Assembly (NCBI GenBank): GCA_964015995.1
Contig: CAXHFH010000001.1
Location: forward strand, 1-56,330
Source of the DNA: an uncultured Alphaproteobacteria bacterium
GTDB lineage: Bacteria; Pseudomonadota; Alphaproteobacteria; Micavibrionales; Micavibrionaceae
Reading direction: 5' to 3'
Length of the DNA stretch: 56,330 nucleotides
The notes beneath the pieces are model-generated. The model did no database searches and was not told the DNA's origin. It saw nothing but the letters and a program-made list of their open reading frames with translations. Below, one piece after another: positions 1-9,326 of this stretch (position 1 is its first letter; the number at the start of each line of letters is the position of its first letter). The translations under genes and the position numbers were made by a program.

Positions 1-910
1 GATGCCGATGGTGACACGGCTCTTGCTTGGATTGGCATGGATGTTCATGACAGTGCCGTGAATGATCTTGAGATTAGCGGCGAAGTTGTTGTTGATGAGA
101 CGGATCTGGATCCTACGGATGATGCCGGTGGTGTTGTGACGGCGAACTTTGGCGGCGATGGCCTTGGTGGCTTTATGGCGACAGATGCGTCTTCGTTTGA
201 ATTTACGGGCAATGCCGGTGCGGATTTAACGTCTGGCGGTGAGCCTGTTGTTGTAACGCTTGAGGGCGGTGTTTATGTTGGCCGCGCGGATGGCGTTGAT
301 ATCTTCACGTTAGATATTGAAGCCGATGGTACCTATACGTTTACGTTGATCGGTCAGTTGGATCATGCGGATACAAGTGATCCGAATGATGTGATTGAAT
401 TGACGTTTGGCGTGAAGGCGACGGACGCTGATGGTGACAGTGCGTCTGGCGACATTACGGTTCAGGTGTTGGATGATGGTCCATCGATAGAGAATAAGTT
501 CAAGACAGTAGATGAGAGTAATCTAACTCCTGAGACGCCTTTGGTTCGTACAGAGACGTTGGACTTTGACTTTGGTTCAGATGGAGCCGGTTCGATTAAG
601 GCGGAAGGTACGTTTATCGCAAAATATGAGATGGACGGTTACAGTGAGGCGATCACATCTGGTGGCGAAGCTATTGATGTAAGCGTTGATGGTAATAGTT
701 ATGTAGGTAAGCTTGCCGGTGGTGAGATTGTGTTCACGTTGGATATCCATCCGACGAGTGGTGAATATACTTATACGCAGTATCTGCCACTTGATCACCA
801 TATTGCGGGTGATCCAGATGAGATTATCTGGCTTCAGTTCCAGGTTGAGATCTGTGATGCCGATGGTGACACGGCTCTTGCTTGGATTGGCATGGATGTT
901 CATGACAGTG
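1..910 (+). repeat. Last unit of an 855-bp (285-codon) tandem module repeat inside the adhesin gene
   Basis: nt 1-55 are identical to nt 856-910 (gatgccgatggtgacacggctcttgcttggattggcatggatgttcatgacagtg). The interval between them contains two related ~140-aa sub-repeats (...TFTLIGQLDHADTSDPNDVIELTFGVKATDADGDSA... and ...YTYTQYLPLDHHIAGDPDEIIWLQFQVEICDADGDTA...). Confidence 0.85.
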
Positions 911-3267
911 GTCTTATTGCTCATGATGACTGTGTCGAGTTTAATGTGTCTGAAGGTGTATTTGATGGCAATGTATCGGATAATGATATTCTTTCAGCCG
1001 ATACGCCGAATTCGGTAACGCAAATCAAATTCGGTAGCAATGTTGTTGATGTTCCTGCAGATGGTTCGGACACGACAATCGAAGGTGATCACGGTATATT
1101 GACGATCAATAATACTGGTGCGTATAGTTATGATCCGTTTGAAAGCGCATTCTCTCAAGGATATCAGTACTCTGTCGATAACCCTCCGGGGAGTGATAAC
1201 GGTGGTGACATCAAAAACATCACAACATGTTATGATGAAAACACGAATGAGTTCAGCTTTGAGATGAAGATTGACGATGTGAGTGAAGGCTTTACATTGG
1301 CAGTTAACGGCGGGCCGAACCCGAAAGGTCATGCAAATGAAATGGCGTTGATCTATTTTGATGCCAGTGGTCCAGAACCTGTTGTAACGATCTATAACTA
1401 TAACGGTTTGAACACGCAAACGAGTTGGCAGGGCAGTGAGATTGTAAGCTCTATTACGAGCACGGATATATTCTCTAACATCTCTGTAACAATGGATGGT
1501 TCAGGCAATAAGATCTTCAGCTTTAACATGGATGCGACAACTATTCAGGACTTTAGTAATGATCCTGATTGGACAGGTGTTTCTTTCGCGGATCAGCTTG
1601 GTATGTGGCTACACCCTGTTAAGGGACTGGACACCGATTATGATGCAGATGGGTTCCTGACGCAGTGGTCAACAAGTGGCAATGGTTGGTATGACACATC
1701 ATATCGTGACACTGAGCACAAAGATGATCTGGAATGTGTTGAGGATCAGTTTGAATATGTTCTTCAGGACTTTGATGGTGACACCAGTGAAGCGTTGTTG
1801 AAAATCAAGACGTATGATGACACAGGTGAGTTGATTGTTGGTCAGAATGTAAATGATGATGAGCATTCAGATGTACCGCATCTGGTTAATGGTGACGAAG
1901 GTGTGATCACAGGAAGTTTCGGAAGCGATATTCTTGTTGGTGACGCTGGCGGATCATTCCTTGAAGAACAAGCACAGGATTACAATTTTGTATTTGTTCT
2001 GGATGTATCTGGGTCAATGGGCAGCACAAGCAATGCAGATTCGAAAATCTCTTTACTTAAGGATGCTGTTGATAATCTTCTTACGGATGTAAGCACGTAT
2101 GATGGTGGTGAGATAAAAGTACATCTTGTTCCATTTGCGACTGCGAGCAAGCCGTCAGGGACATTCACGATCACTGATGCCGGTGAACTTGCTAACTTGC
2201 AAGCTTATCTGGATGGTCTAAGCACAGGTGGCTTTACGAATTATGAAGACCCATTGCAAGATGCGATTGCATGGTTGGAAGGTTCTGAGCCTCTTGGCGG
2301 GAATGCAATTACAACGACATACTTTATTTCTGATGGCGCGCCTAACCGCTACATCGATGAGAGTGATGCGGTTGCTTCTGGTTCTGCTGCTGAGGTTATT
2401 GACGAAATTTCCGGCGGTGACTTTACAAACGAAGTTGCAATTATTCAGAGCTTAAGTGATGAAGTGATTGGCGTTGGTATCAGTGTCGGTAGCAATATTT
2501 CCAGACTGGATATCATAGATTCCGATGGTAGTGCGATTGTTATTGATGATCCTACTGATTTGACAGTGGCTCTTGCAGACACAAGTCCTTTGGATAAGCT
2601 TTTGGCGGCTGGTGACGATGTCATTGAAGGTGGAGACAATAGCGATATCATCTTTGGTGATGTTCTATTCACTGATGATTTAGCCGACTTCCATGGCCTA
2701 AGCACAGAAGATGGCTCTGGATGGGAAGTGTTTGAACGTCTTGAAAATGGCGAGAGTGGTATTGACGCAGGTTGGTCACGTGAAGATACGATTGCGTATA
2801 TCCGTGACAATGCAGAGATCCTTTCACAAGAATCGGTGAACTCCGAAGGCAAAGGCCGTGATGGTGGCGATGACATCATCAAGGGCGGAGCCGGTGACGA
2901 CACGATCTTTGGTCAAGAGGGTGATGATATTATTGCCGGAGGTCTGGGTAATGATGATCTTTACGGTGGATCTGGTAATGACATCTTCTTGTTCGAAGCC
3001 ATTGACGAAGGCATTGATGCGATCAAAGACTTCGTAATTGGTGATGATCTTCTGGATCTGTCAGCCATTCTGACAGGCTATGACGAGACAGATGTTACGC
3101 AAGATATTGCGGACTTTGTTATCGCGACGGAGTCTGGCGGCAATACAACGATTGCAGTGGATGAAACTGGTGCCGGCGGCGTTGGCGGTTCAACTGAGGT
3201 TGCCGTGTTGGAAGGTGTCACAGGTCTTGATCTGGATACATCAATTAAAACAGATACAATTGTTTAA
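1..3267 (+). CDS. C-terminal 1088 codons of a giant LapA/RTX-type type I-secreted adhesin (5' end outside the window)
   Basis: Frame 1 is open from nt 1, so the ATG at 37 is internal. The protein has acidic ~140-aa beta-repeat modules ending in DADGD(S/T)A and a VWA domain with the MIDAS motif DVSGSMG. It then has GGxGxD nonapeptide RTX repeats (GGAGDDTIFGQEGDDIIAGGLGNDDLYGGSGNDIF) and a DLLDLSAIL...TTIAVD C-terminal secretion-target domain. The cognate T1SS genes follow directly. Confidence 0.9.
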   Translation, partial: DADGDTALAWIGMDVHDSAVNDLEISGEVVVDETDLDPTDDAGGVVTANFGGDGLGGFMATDASSFEFTGNAGADLTSGGEPVVVTLEGGVYVGRADGVDIFTLDIEADGTYTFTLIGQLDHADTSDPNDVIELTFGVKATDADGDSASGDITVQVLDDGPSIENKFKTVDESNLTPETPLVRTETLDFDFGSDGAGSIKAEGTFIAKYEMDGYSEAITSGGEAIDVSVDGNSYVGKLAGGEIVFTLDIHPTSGEYTYTQYLPLDHHIAGDPDEIIWLQFQVEICDADGDTALAWIGMDVHDSGLIAHDDCVEFNVSEGVFDGNVSDNDILSADTPNSVTQIKFGSNVVDVPADGSDTTIEGDHGILTINNTGAYSYDPFESAFSQGYQYSVDNPPGSDNGGDIKNITTCYDENTNEFSFEMKIDDVSEGFTLAVNGGPNPKGHANEMALIYFDASGPEPVVTIYNYNGLNTQTSWQGSEIVSSITSTDIFSNISVTMDGSGNKIFSFNMDATTIQDFSNDPDWTGVSFADQLGMWLHPVKGLDTDYDADGFLTQWSTSGNGWYDTSYRDTEHKDDLECVEDQFEYVLQDFDGDTSEALLKIKTYDDTGELIVGQNVNDDEHSDVPHLVNGDEGVITGSFGSDILVGDAGGSFLEEQAQDYNFVFVLDVSGSMGSTSNADSKISLLKDAVDNLLTDVSTYDGGEIKVHLVPFATASKPSGTFTITDAGELANLQAYLDGLSTGGFTNYEDPLQDAIAWLEGSEPLGGNAITTTYFISDGAPNRYIDESDAVASGSAAEVIDEISGGDFTNEVAIIQSLSDEVIGVGISVGSNISRLDIIDSDGSAIVIDDPTDLTVALADTSPLDKLLAAGDDVIEGGDNSDIIFGDVLFTDDLADFHGLSTEDGSGWEVFERLENGESGIDAGWSREDTIAYIRDNAEILSQESVNSEGKGRDGGDDIIKGGAGDDTIFGQEGDDIIAGGLGNDDLYGGSGNDIFLFEAIDEGIDAIKDFVIGDDLLDLSAILTGYDETDVTQDIADFVIATESGGNTTIAVDETGAGGVGGSTEVAVLEGVTGLDLDTSIKTDTIV
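1978..2577 (+). other. von Willebrand factor A (VWA) domain region of the adhesin
   Basis: DYNFVFVLDVSGSMG (DxSxS MIDAS motif) is followed by ...VHLVPFATAS... and ...TYFISDGAPN..., the usual VWA strand pattern. A VWA domain just before the RTX repeats matches LapA-type adhesins. Confidence 0.75.
2863..2994 (+). repeat. RTX nonapeptide (GGxGxDxUx) calcium-binding repeats
   Basis: GGDDIIKGGAGDDTIFGQEGDDIIAGGLGNDDLYGGSGNDIFLF, read directly from frame 1. Confidence 0.9.
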
Positions 3268-3507
3268 GACTGTTTTAACTGGTTGACTGTAATATGCGAT
3301 AAACCATCCTTGGATGTGGGGTAGTATCTCCGCAAGTTAAGGGTGGTTTACGAAATGGATAAAGTAGTGTAATACTGCGGCTATATGTAATAAGGCCTTG
3401 ATTTACTATGTAAAAAGAGGCATAAAGAGTTGCGGTGTTATAGCTAATAAAAATAAGCTATTTTTTGTAAATGTTAGGGTTTTTGAGTAACTTGAGAGGT
3501 AATAACA

Positions 3508-4908
3508 GTGATTTTGAGTAAGAGAGTGCGCACTTTGTGTCTGACGACAGCAGTGTCTGCTATATTGGTTTTTGGAGCTGATTCTTCCTTTTCCCAGGAA
3601 AATGATCATAAAGTTGATAGTTTACGTGAAGCGGTAGCCGTTGGTATTTCTACCAATCCTGAATATGGAGTGGTTGCTGCTAGTCGTAGAGCAACGGATG
3701 AAGAGTTAGAGCAAGGCGAGGCTTTGTTTTTACCCTCAGTTGATTTGAATGGTGAGATCGGATTTGAACATACTGATGATGTTGGAACACGTTCAGGTTC
3801 AGGCGATAATGAAGAAAATCTTGTTCGTAGAGATGTTGGTATTACGCTAACCCAAATGTTGTTTGATGGTTGGGAATCACACTATGAAGTTAAGCGTCAA
3901 CAAGCGCGTGTAATTTCATCGGCAGAGCGTGTACGCGAGACGGCTGAATTAATTGGTCTAAGTATTGTTGAATCATATCTTGAGGTTTTGCGTCAGCGTC
4001 AGTTGCTTTTGATTGCACGTGAAAACGTTGCTGATCACATCAATATTCTTGAACAAATTCAAGATGGTGTTAAGGCCGGCCGTTCAACAAGAGCGGATGG
4101 CGAGCAAGCAAAAGCAAGATTGGCTGCGGCGAGAGCAACAGAATCAAGCACGTTAGAAGCGCTTCGTATTGCGCAAGCGCAGTACCGTAGAGAAGTGGGT
4201 GATGCTGCAGGTGATTTACAATTACCAGTCATTCCATTTGAATCTTTGCAAGAAGATGTTGACCAAGAAGTGCAAAAAGCTCTGGCACACAGCCCGACTT
4301 TGGACATATTCACGTCTGATATTGAAGTTGCTTACGCGGAAGCGCAGGGAACGAAGTCGACACAGTATCCTCAATTGGATTTGCGTTTAAATGCAAGAAC
4401 AGGGAGCGATATTGGTGGTGTCGATGATGAAGATTCTAGCGCATCCGCATTGGTGGTTTTGAATTGGAACCTATATCGCGGTGGTGCTGATGTTGCCCGT
4501 GCACGTGAATTTGTTCACCGCCATCAACAATCAAAAGAGTCACGTGCAGAAGCTGCGCGCGCTGTGGAGAATGATGTGCGTCAGACATGGGCAAGCATGA
4601 TTTCCTCTGGTGAGAGAGCGGCTCAGTTCGCTTCGCAAGCTGCAGCAAACGTTGAAGTTGTTAAGGCATATAAGGATCAGTTCAATATTGATCGCCGTAC
4701 ACTTCTTGATGTTCTTGATGCACAAAACGAATTGTTCGTTTCAAGCAGTAACACAGTAAACTCCGAGTTTTTAGAAATGCTCGCAGTGTACCGTTTGTTG
4801 GCATTGAAAGGACACTTGCTTCCGTCCCTAGGTCTGGAGTATCCTCGTGAAAGTGTTGTCGATTCCGATGAAAAATGGTCTTATAAAGAGCAGCAGAAGG
4901 CGCGATAA
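3508..4908 (+). CDS. TolC/LapE-like outer-membrane factor of the type I secretion system
   Basis: The GTG start lies 8 nt after GAGAGG. There is a signal peptide (MILSKRVRTLCLTTAVSAILVFGADSSFSQ). The 466-aa protein has the duplicated OMF pattern (LNWNLYRGG..., LLDVLDAQNELF...). It sits between the T1SS substrate and the ABC/MFP genes. Confidence 0.8.
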   Translation: MILSKRVRTLCLTTAVSAILVFGADSSFSQENDHKVDSLREAVAVGISTNPEYGVVAASRRATDEELEQGEALFLPSVDLNGEIGFEHTDDVGTRSGSGDNEENLVRRDVGITLTQMLFDGWESHYEVKRQQARVISSAERVRETAELIGLSIVESYLEVLRQRQLLLIARENVADHINILEQIQDGVKAGRSTRADGEQAKARLAAARATESSTLEALRIAQAQYRREVGDAAGDLQLPVIPFESLQEDVDQEVQKALAHSPTLDIFTSDIEVAYAEAQGTKSTQYPQLDLRLNARTGSDIGGVDDEDSSASALVVLNWNLYRGGADVARAREFVHRHQQSKESRAEAARAVENDVRQTWASMISSGERAAQFASQAAANVEVVKAYKDQFNIDRRTLLDVLDAQNELFVSSSNTVNSEFLEMLAVYRLLALKGHLLPSLGLEYPRESVVDSDEKWSYKEQQKAR

Positions 4909-4945
4909 CCTACCTTTAATCGTTAGAAAACGGAATTAGGATCAG

Positions 4946-7282
4946 GTGACCGAAAATAATAATCAATCTGAAGATGAGCCTGATACAGGTGATTCTGAGA
5001 TGAACGAGAAGAGCCCTTCTGAGCAGGAGGGCCTTTCTGTTGTTCAGGATAAGAGTAAAAATGCCGAAGGTTGGGCACTACAAGCCGATCGTATGGCAAT
5101 TCATACGCCGTTGGTTGAATGTTTACGTCTTATGGCGGGGCATTACGGCAGACGGGCGAGTATGACATCATTAACCGCGGGGCTTCCTATTCCGCCTACG
5201 GGTATTACGCCGGCTCTTTTCATTCGCGCAGCAGAGCGAGCGGATTTACAAGCAAAGTTGGTTGAAAGATCATTAGAAGGTTTGGCTATCGCGGCTAATC
5301 TGCCGTGCGTTTTATCCCTAGAAGGTAATCAAGCGTGTATTGTTTGGCAAGTGAGGCATCCAAAAGGGTTTGAGCCGCGTAAGGGCAAGGATCGTAATAT
5401 TGAAGTTCACCCCAAGACAAAGTTTTTAGTTCAGTTTCCGGAAACGTCTGATGAAAAACAGGCGATGACGATTGAAGAATTAGCACCGCTTTACACGGGC
5501 TATGCTTTCTTCCTAAGACCGACAGCACGCAGTGATGAACGCGCAGGGCCAGCGGAAATAGACACAGGGCGAGATTGGTTCTGGGCAACATTTTGGAAAA
5601 ACAAAACGCTATATACCGAAGTTGTGGTCGCCGCACTTATGATCAATATGTTCGGGCTTGCCAGTTCGATCTTTATTATGAATGTGTATGATCGCGTCGT
5701 TCCAAATAGTGCCTTTGACACGCTTTACACGCTTTCCGCTGGTATCTTTATTGTTTTTGTTTTTGATTTTATCCTTCGAAATTTACGGGCGCATTTCTTG
5801 GACCATGCAGGTCGTCGCGCCGATGTTAAAATTTCGGCTATGTTATTTGAACAAATCATGGGTATGACAATGACAGCCAGACCGCCGAGCGCTGGTGTTT
5901 TGGCAAGCAACATGAAGGAATTCGAAACGTTGCGTGACTTTTTTACGTCCGCAACAATGGCGGCGCTTATCGACTTGCCGTTTGTTCTCATCTTCATTGG
6001 TGTTATCGCCTTAATCGGTGGGCCAGTTGCATTTGTGCCTTTGGCTGCGATCCCTCTGATTGTGGGGATGGGGTTTTATTTGCAAAAGCCTCTTCAAAAA
6101 GTTACCCGAGAGTCGATGCATGAAAGTGCACTGAAAAACGCTCTGTTATTCGAAACAATTATCGGACTTGAAACGATTAAGGTGCAGGCTGCAGAGGGGC
6201 ACACACAAAGAAATTGGGAAGAGCTTACTGAAAAGTCATCTCGTACGTCTGTGAAGTCGCGCCAGCTTTCTGCATTTGCACAAAACTGGGCGATGTTTAT
6301 TCAGCAACTCGCAAGCGTTGGCATTGTCTTTGTCGGTGTGTTTATGATCAGCGAAGGTGAAATCTCCATGGGTGCATTAATTGCCTGTGTAATTTTATCG
6401 GGTCGCGTTATGGGACCTTTGGCACAGATTGCAGGTCTTATGACCCGTTTGAACCAGTCCCGTGAAGCACTTGTTCAGCTTGATGATTTAATGAAAAAAC
6501 CTGTTGAGCGCCCTGCAGGTAAACATTTTGTATCGCTGTCCCATATTAAAGGGCGCGTTGAATTTCGCGAAGTTATTTTTAATTATCCGGGGCAACAAAC
6601 GCCGTCCTTGAACAATATGAGTTTTATTATTGAACCTGGTGAGCGTGTTGGCATTATTGGTGCGGTTGGTTCCGGTAAAACCACGATTGAGCGCTTATTG
6701 CTTAACCTCTATGAGCCAACATCAGGATCTGTTCAGATTGATGGCACAGATGTGCGTCAGGTTGATCCGGGTGATTTGCGCCGTAATGTTGGGGCTGTTC
6801 AACAAAGCCCTCAGTTATTCTACGGTTCTGTGCGTGACAATATTACGATGGGGCATGAAATGGCACCTGATCGCTCTGTCTTGAAAGCTGCGGAATTATC
6901 TGGTGTTCTTGAATTTTTGAAAGACTCATCAGCTGGACTGGATACTCAAGTTGGGGAACGCGGTGAGTCGTTATCAGGTGGCCAAAGACAAGCCGTGGCG
7001 ATTGCGCGTGCGCTACTTTATGACCCACCGATATTGGTTCTGGATGAGCCGACGGCCTCTATGGACCCTGCCTCTGAAAACCGCCTTCGCAAGCGCCTTG
7101 ATTTACTTTGTAAGGATAGAACAACAATTCTGATCACGCATAAGGGCGCGATGCTGACGTTGGTTGATAAACTCATATTGATAGATCGTGGGCGCATCGT
7201 GGCTTATGGCCCTAAAGACGATGTTATTCGTAAATTACAAGCGCGTGAATATGGTACAGCAGCGGAGAAAACAGATGTCTGA
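4946..7282 (+). CDS. LapB/LssB-type T1SS ABC transporter (C39-like domain + permease + ATPase)
   Basis: The N-terminal C39-like block is TPLVECLRLMAGHYGRRASMTSLTAGLP...AAERADLQAKLV. It is followed by a six-TM exporter domain, Walker A GAVGSGKTT, signature LSGGQRQ and Walker B ILVLDEPT. The GTG start is uncertain; an alternative ATG lies at 5000. Confidence 0.85.
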   Translation: MTENNNQSEDEPDTGDSEMNEKSPSEQEGLSVVQDKSKNAEGWALQADRMAIHTPLVECLRLMAGHYGRRASMTSLTAGLPIPPTGITPALFIRAAERADLQAKLVERSLEGLAIAANLPCVLSLEGNQACIVWQVRHPKGFEPRKGKDRNIEVHPKTKFLVQFPETSDEKQAMTIEELAPLYTGYAFFLRPTARSDERAGPAEIDTGRDWFWATFWKNKTLYTEVVVAALMINMFGLASSIFIMNVYDRVVPNSAFDTLYTLSAGIFIVFVFDFILRNLRAHFLDHAGRRADVKISAMLFEQIMGMTMTARPPSAGVLASNMKEFETLRDFFTSATMAALIDLPFVLIFIGVIALIGGPVAFVPLAAIPLIVGMGFYLQKPLQKVTRESMHESALKNALLFETIIGLETIKVQAAEGHTQRNWEELTEKSSRTSVKSRQLSAFAQNWAMFIQQLASVGIVFVGVFMISEGEISMGALIACVILSGRVMGPLAQIAGLMTRLNQSREALVQLDDLMKKPVERPAGKHFVSLSHIKGRVEFREVIFNYPGQQTPSLNNMSFIIEPGERVGIIGAVGSGKTTIERLLLNLYEPTSGSVQIDGTDVRQVDPGDLRRNVGAVQQSPQLFYGSVRDNITMGHEMAPDRSVLKAAELSGVLEFLKDSSAGLDTQVGERGESLSGGQRQAVAIARALLYDPPILVLDEPTASMDPASENRLRKRLDLLCKDRTTILITHKGAMLTLVDKLILIDRGRIVAYGPKDDVIRKLQAREYGTAAEKTDV

Positions 7283-8687
7283 TAAAGCTCCTCAAATACC
7301 TGCCGCTGCTAGTGCGCAAAATGTAAATGAACAGTCGGAGTGGGGTGCAATTCGTCAAAATTGGGCGAAGGAAAAAGCAGATATTATTCAGGCGCGTGCA
7401 ACGGTCTTTTTTGATGCGGATGATCAACTGCCTTTATCTAAACATTTATTACTTGTCTCCATTTTTTCGTTTTTTGCGCTATTTGTCGTTTGGGCGAATG
7501 TGGCCAAACTCGATGAAGTGACGCGCGGTGATGGTAAGATTATCCCGTCCAGTGAAGTGCAAGCGCTACAGAGTCTCGATCCGGGTATCGTTGAAGAATT
7601 CCTTGTCAAAGAAGGTGATTTTGTCGAAGAGGGGCAAGTCTTGGTAAGGTTACGCGACATTGAGGCGGCTTCTGATTTAGGGGCAAACCGTGTGCGCTAT
7701 CTTGGGCTTTTGGCTTCTATTACACGCCTTCAAGCCGAAGCTGAGGGAAAGGAAATGGTTGAGTTTCCTGATGAGGTGGTAAAAGAATCGCCCAAAAGCG
7801 TTACAGAAGAATTAAATTCCTTCCGCGCTAATAAATTACAATTGGCAGGGCAAATCAATGTATTGCAAAAACAGCTCACGCAGCGTGAGCAGGAATTAGA
7901 CGAGTTGAACAGCCGTATTGGTGACTTAAAAGGCGTTATTCATCTGCAACGCAAAGAAATGAATATGATTAGACCTTTGGTTGAAAAAGGTTCTGCGCCG
8001 AAATTGGAATTGTTGCAGCTGCAGCGCGGTATGAAAGAAAAGCAATCAGAGCTGAACGGTTTAAAGTCAAGTTTGCCGCGCGCGCAATCCGCAATCGAAG
8101 AAGCCACGGCCAGAATGGACGAAATTACTCAAACGGCAAAAACAGAAGCGCAAACCGAGTTATCAGCGAAGCTTAATGAGATGAATGAAATTCGTGAGCG
8201 TTTGAGCGGTTTGGAAGAACGTAAAGTTCGTAAGGAAATGAAGTCACCAGTTTCGGGGACTATTCAAGAACTGACCGTGAATACGGTCGGTGGTGTGGTG
8301 CGTGCAGGCGAGGATTTAATTAAGATTGTCCCGAAGGACGATCAGTTAATCGTCGAGGCACGCGTTAAACCTTCTGATCGTGCGTTTATATACCCTGGAC
8401 AGCCAGCTGTAATCAAAATTACGGCGTATGACTTTTCAATCTATGGTGGTTTGAAGGGGGAGTTGTTGGATATTTCTGCTGATACTGTTGAAGATGACCA
8501 AGGTGAATTCTTTTATCGTGTGCGCCTTAGAACCTATGAAACGGAATTAAAACGTAAAGGCGAAGTTCTGCCGATTATACCTGGGATGATTACCAGTGTT
8601 GACATTTTGACAGGGCAAAAAACTGTGATGCAATACTTATTGAAGCCGTTTACGAAAACGCTCGAAAATTCAATGAACGAGCGTTGA
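7275..8687 (+). CDS. HlyD/LapC-family T1SS membrane fusion protein
   Basis: The ATG at 7275 overlaps the ABC gene stop by 8 nt. The protein has a single N-terminal TM helix (LLLVSIFSFFALFVVWANV), a long coiled-coil segment and the typical tail ...GMITSVDILTGQKTVMQYLLKP. Confidence 0.85.
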   Translation: MSDKAPQIPAAASAQNVNEQSEWGAIRQNWAKEKADIIQARATVFFDADDQLPLSKHLLLVSIFSFFALFVVWANVAKLDEVTRGDGKIIPSSEVQALQSLDPGIVEEFLVKEGDFVEEGQVLVRLRDIEAASDLGANRVRYLGLLASITRLQAEAEGKEMVEFPDEVVKESPKSVTEELNSFRANKLQLAGQINVLQKQLTQREQELDELNSRIGDLKGVIHLQRKEMNMIRPLVEKGSAPKLELLQLQRGMKEKQSELNGLKSSLPRAQSAIEEATARMDEITQTAKTEAQTELSAKLNEMNEIRERLSGLEERKVRKEMKSPVSGTIQELTVNTVGGVVRAGEDLIKIVPKDDQLIVEARVKPSDRAFIYPGQPAVIKITAYDFSIYGGLKGELLDISADTVEDDQGEFFYRVRLRTYETELKRKGEVLPIIPGMITSVDILTGQKTVMQYLLKPFTKTLENSMNER

Positions 8688-9068
8688 TTAAGATTTAATC
8701 CATTCAAGGGCTTCGTTAAGTTTTTCCGTGGCGAAAACTTTTGTTTCACCTGATAAGATATCACTTTTCATGGATCTGTGAAAAATTTCACTTTCGGGTG
8801 GGTTAACGAGCGCGAGTTTCTTGAGCTTGCTCCCCAACGCAGCGGAAGACACCATATCTTCTTTTGCTGCATTATGTTCCCATCCTTTAAATTCGACATA
8901 GTTCAATAACACACGGATTTCGCCATATTTTTCAATCATCATTTTGACGCGGGGAAGAAAATTTTCCTTATATCCTTCTTCTGAAAAAACTTTATCGACC
9001 TGAACGCACAAAACTTTGTCTGTGGTCTCAGGCATGATCGTATTGAATTTTTCATTATCAGTAGACAT
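8688..9068 (-). CDS. SpoIIAA-like/STAS-fold protein (PF11964-like)
   Basis: The start is taken at MSTDNEKF. The pattern YGEIRVLLNYVEFKGWEHNAAKEDM...LKKLALVNPPESE...ETKVFATEKLNEALEWIKS matches my recollection of the SpoIIAA-like family. Its stop codon directly abuts the HlyD stop codon. Confidence 0.6.
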   Translation of the reverse strand: MSTDNEKFNTIMPETTDKVLCVQVDKVFSEEGYKENFLPRVKMMIEKYGEIRVLLNYVEFKGWEHNAAKEDMVSSAALGSKLKKLALVNPPESEIFHRSMKSDILSGETKVFATEKLNEALEWIKS

Positions 9069-9240
9069 GGTCTTGCACCTTCGAATAAATAAAATATCAA
9101 GAATTGGTATTCTTATTACAAACATTTTTAACAATAAATATCAAGTTAAATCCAATTTTCTGTATATATTTCATATATTTAAAATAACTAATTAAGTATT
9201 ATGAAATATTGGAAAAGACGGTTTCTGATGCTTTAAACCA

Positions 9241-9270
9241 TTGAAAGATACTTGCAAAACCTTCCATAAT
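9241..9270 (+). promoter_or_regulatory. Possible sigma70-type promoter upstream of thrS
   Basis: TTGAAA (9241-9246), an 18-nt spacer, then CATAAT (9265-9270), about 57 nt upstream of the thrS ATG. Sequence match only. Confidence 0.3.
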
Positions 9271-9326
9271 GCGCTTTCTACTAAAGGTCATAACAGGACA
9301 TAAAAATAATAGGAAAGCTTAAATCG

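Noticed and set aside
577-3286. Many ORFs of 60-150 aa on the minus strand and in alternative frames inside the adhesin gene (for example 577-924, 994-1419 and 2445-2903).
   Set aside because: They lie entirely inside a long, motif-rich coding frame and have no motifs of their own. They are typical by-products of biased, repetitive coding sequence. The same applies to nested ORFs inside the other confident genes throughout the window.
3440-3466. AT-rich hairpin tATAGCTaataaaaataAGCTATttttt as a terminator after the adhesin gene.
   Set aside because: A 6-bp AT-rich stem with a 10-nt loop is weak. It is mentioned under the intergenic stem-loop finding but is not called as a feature.
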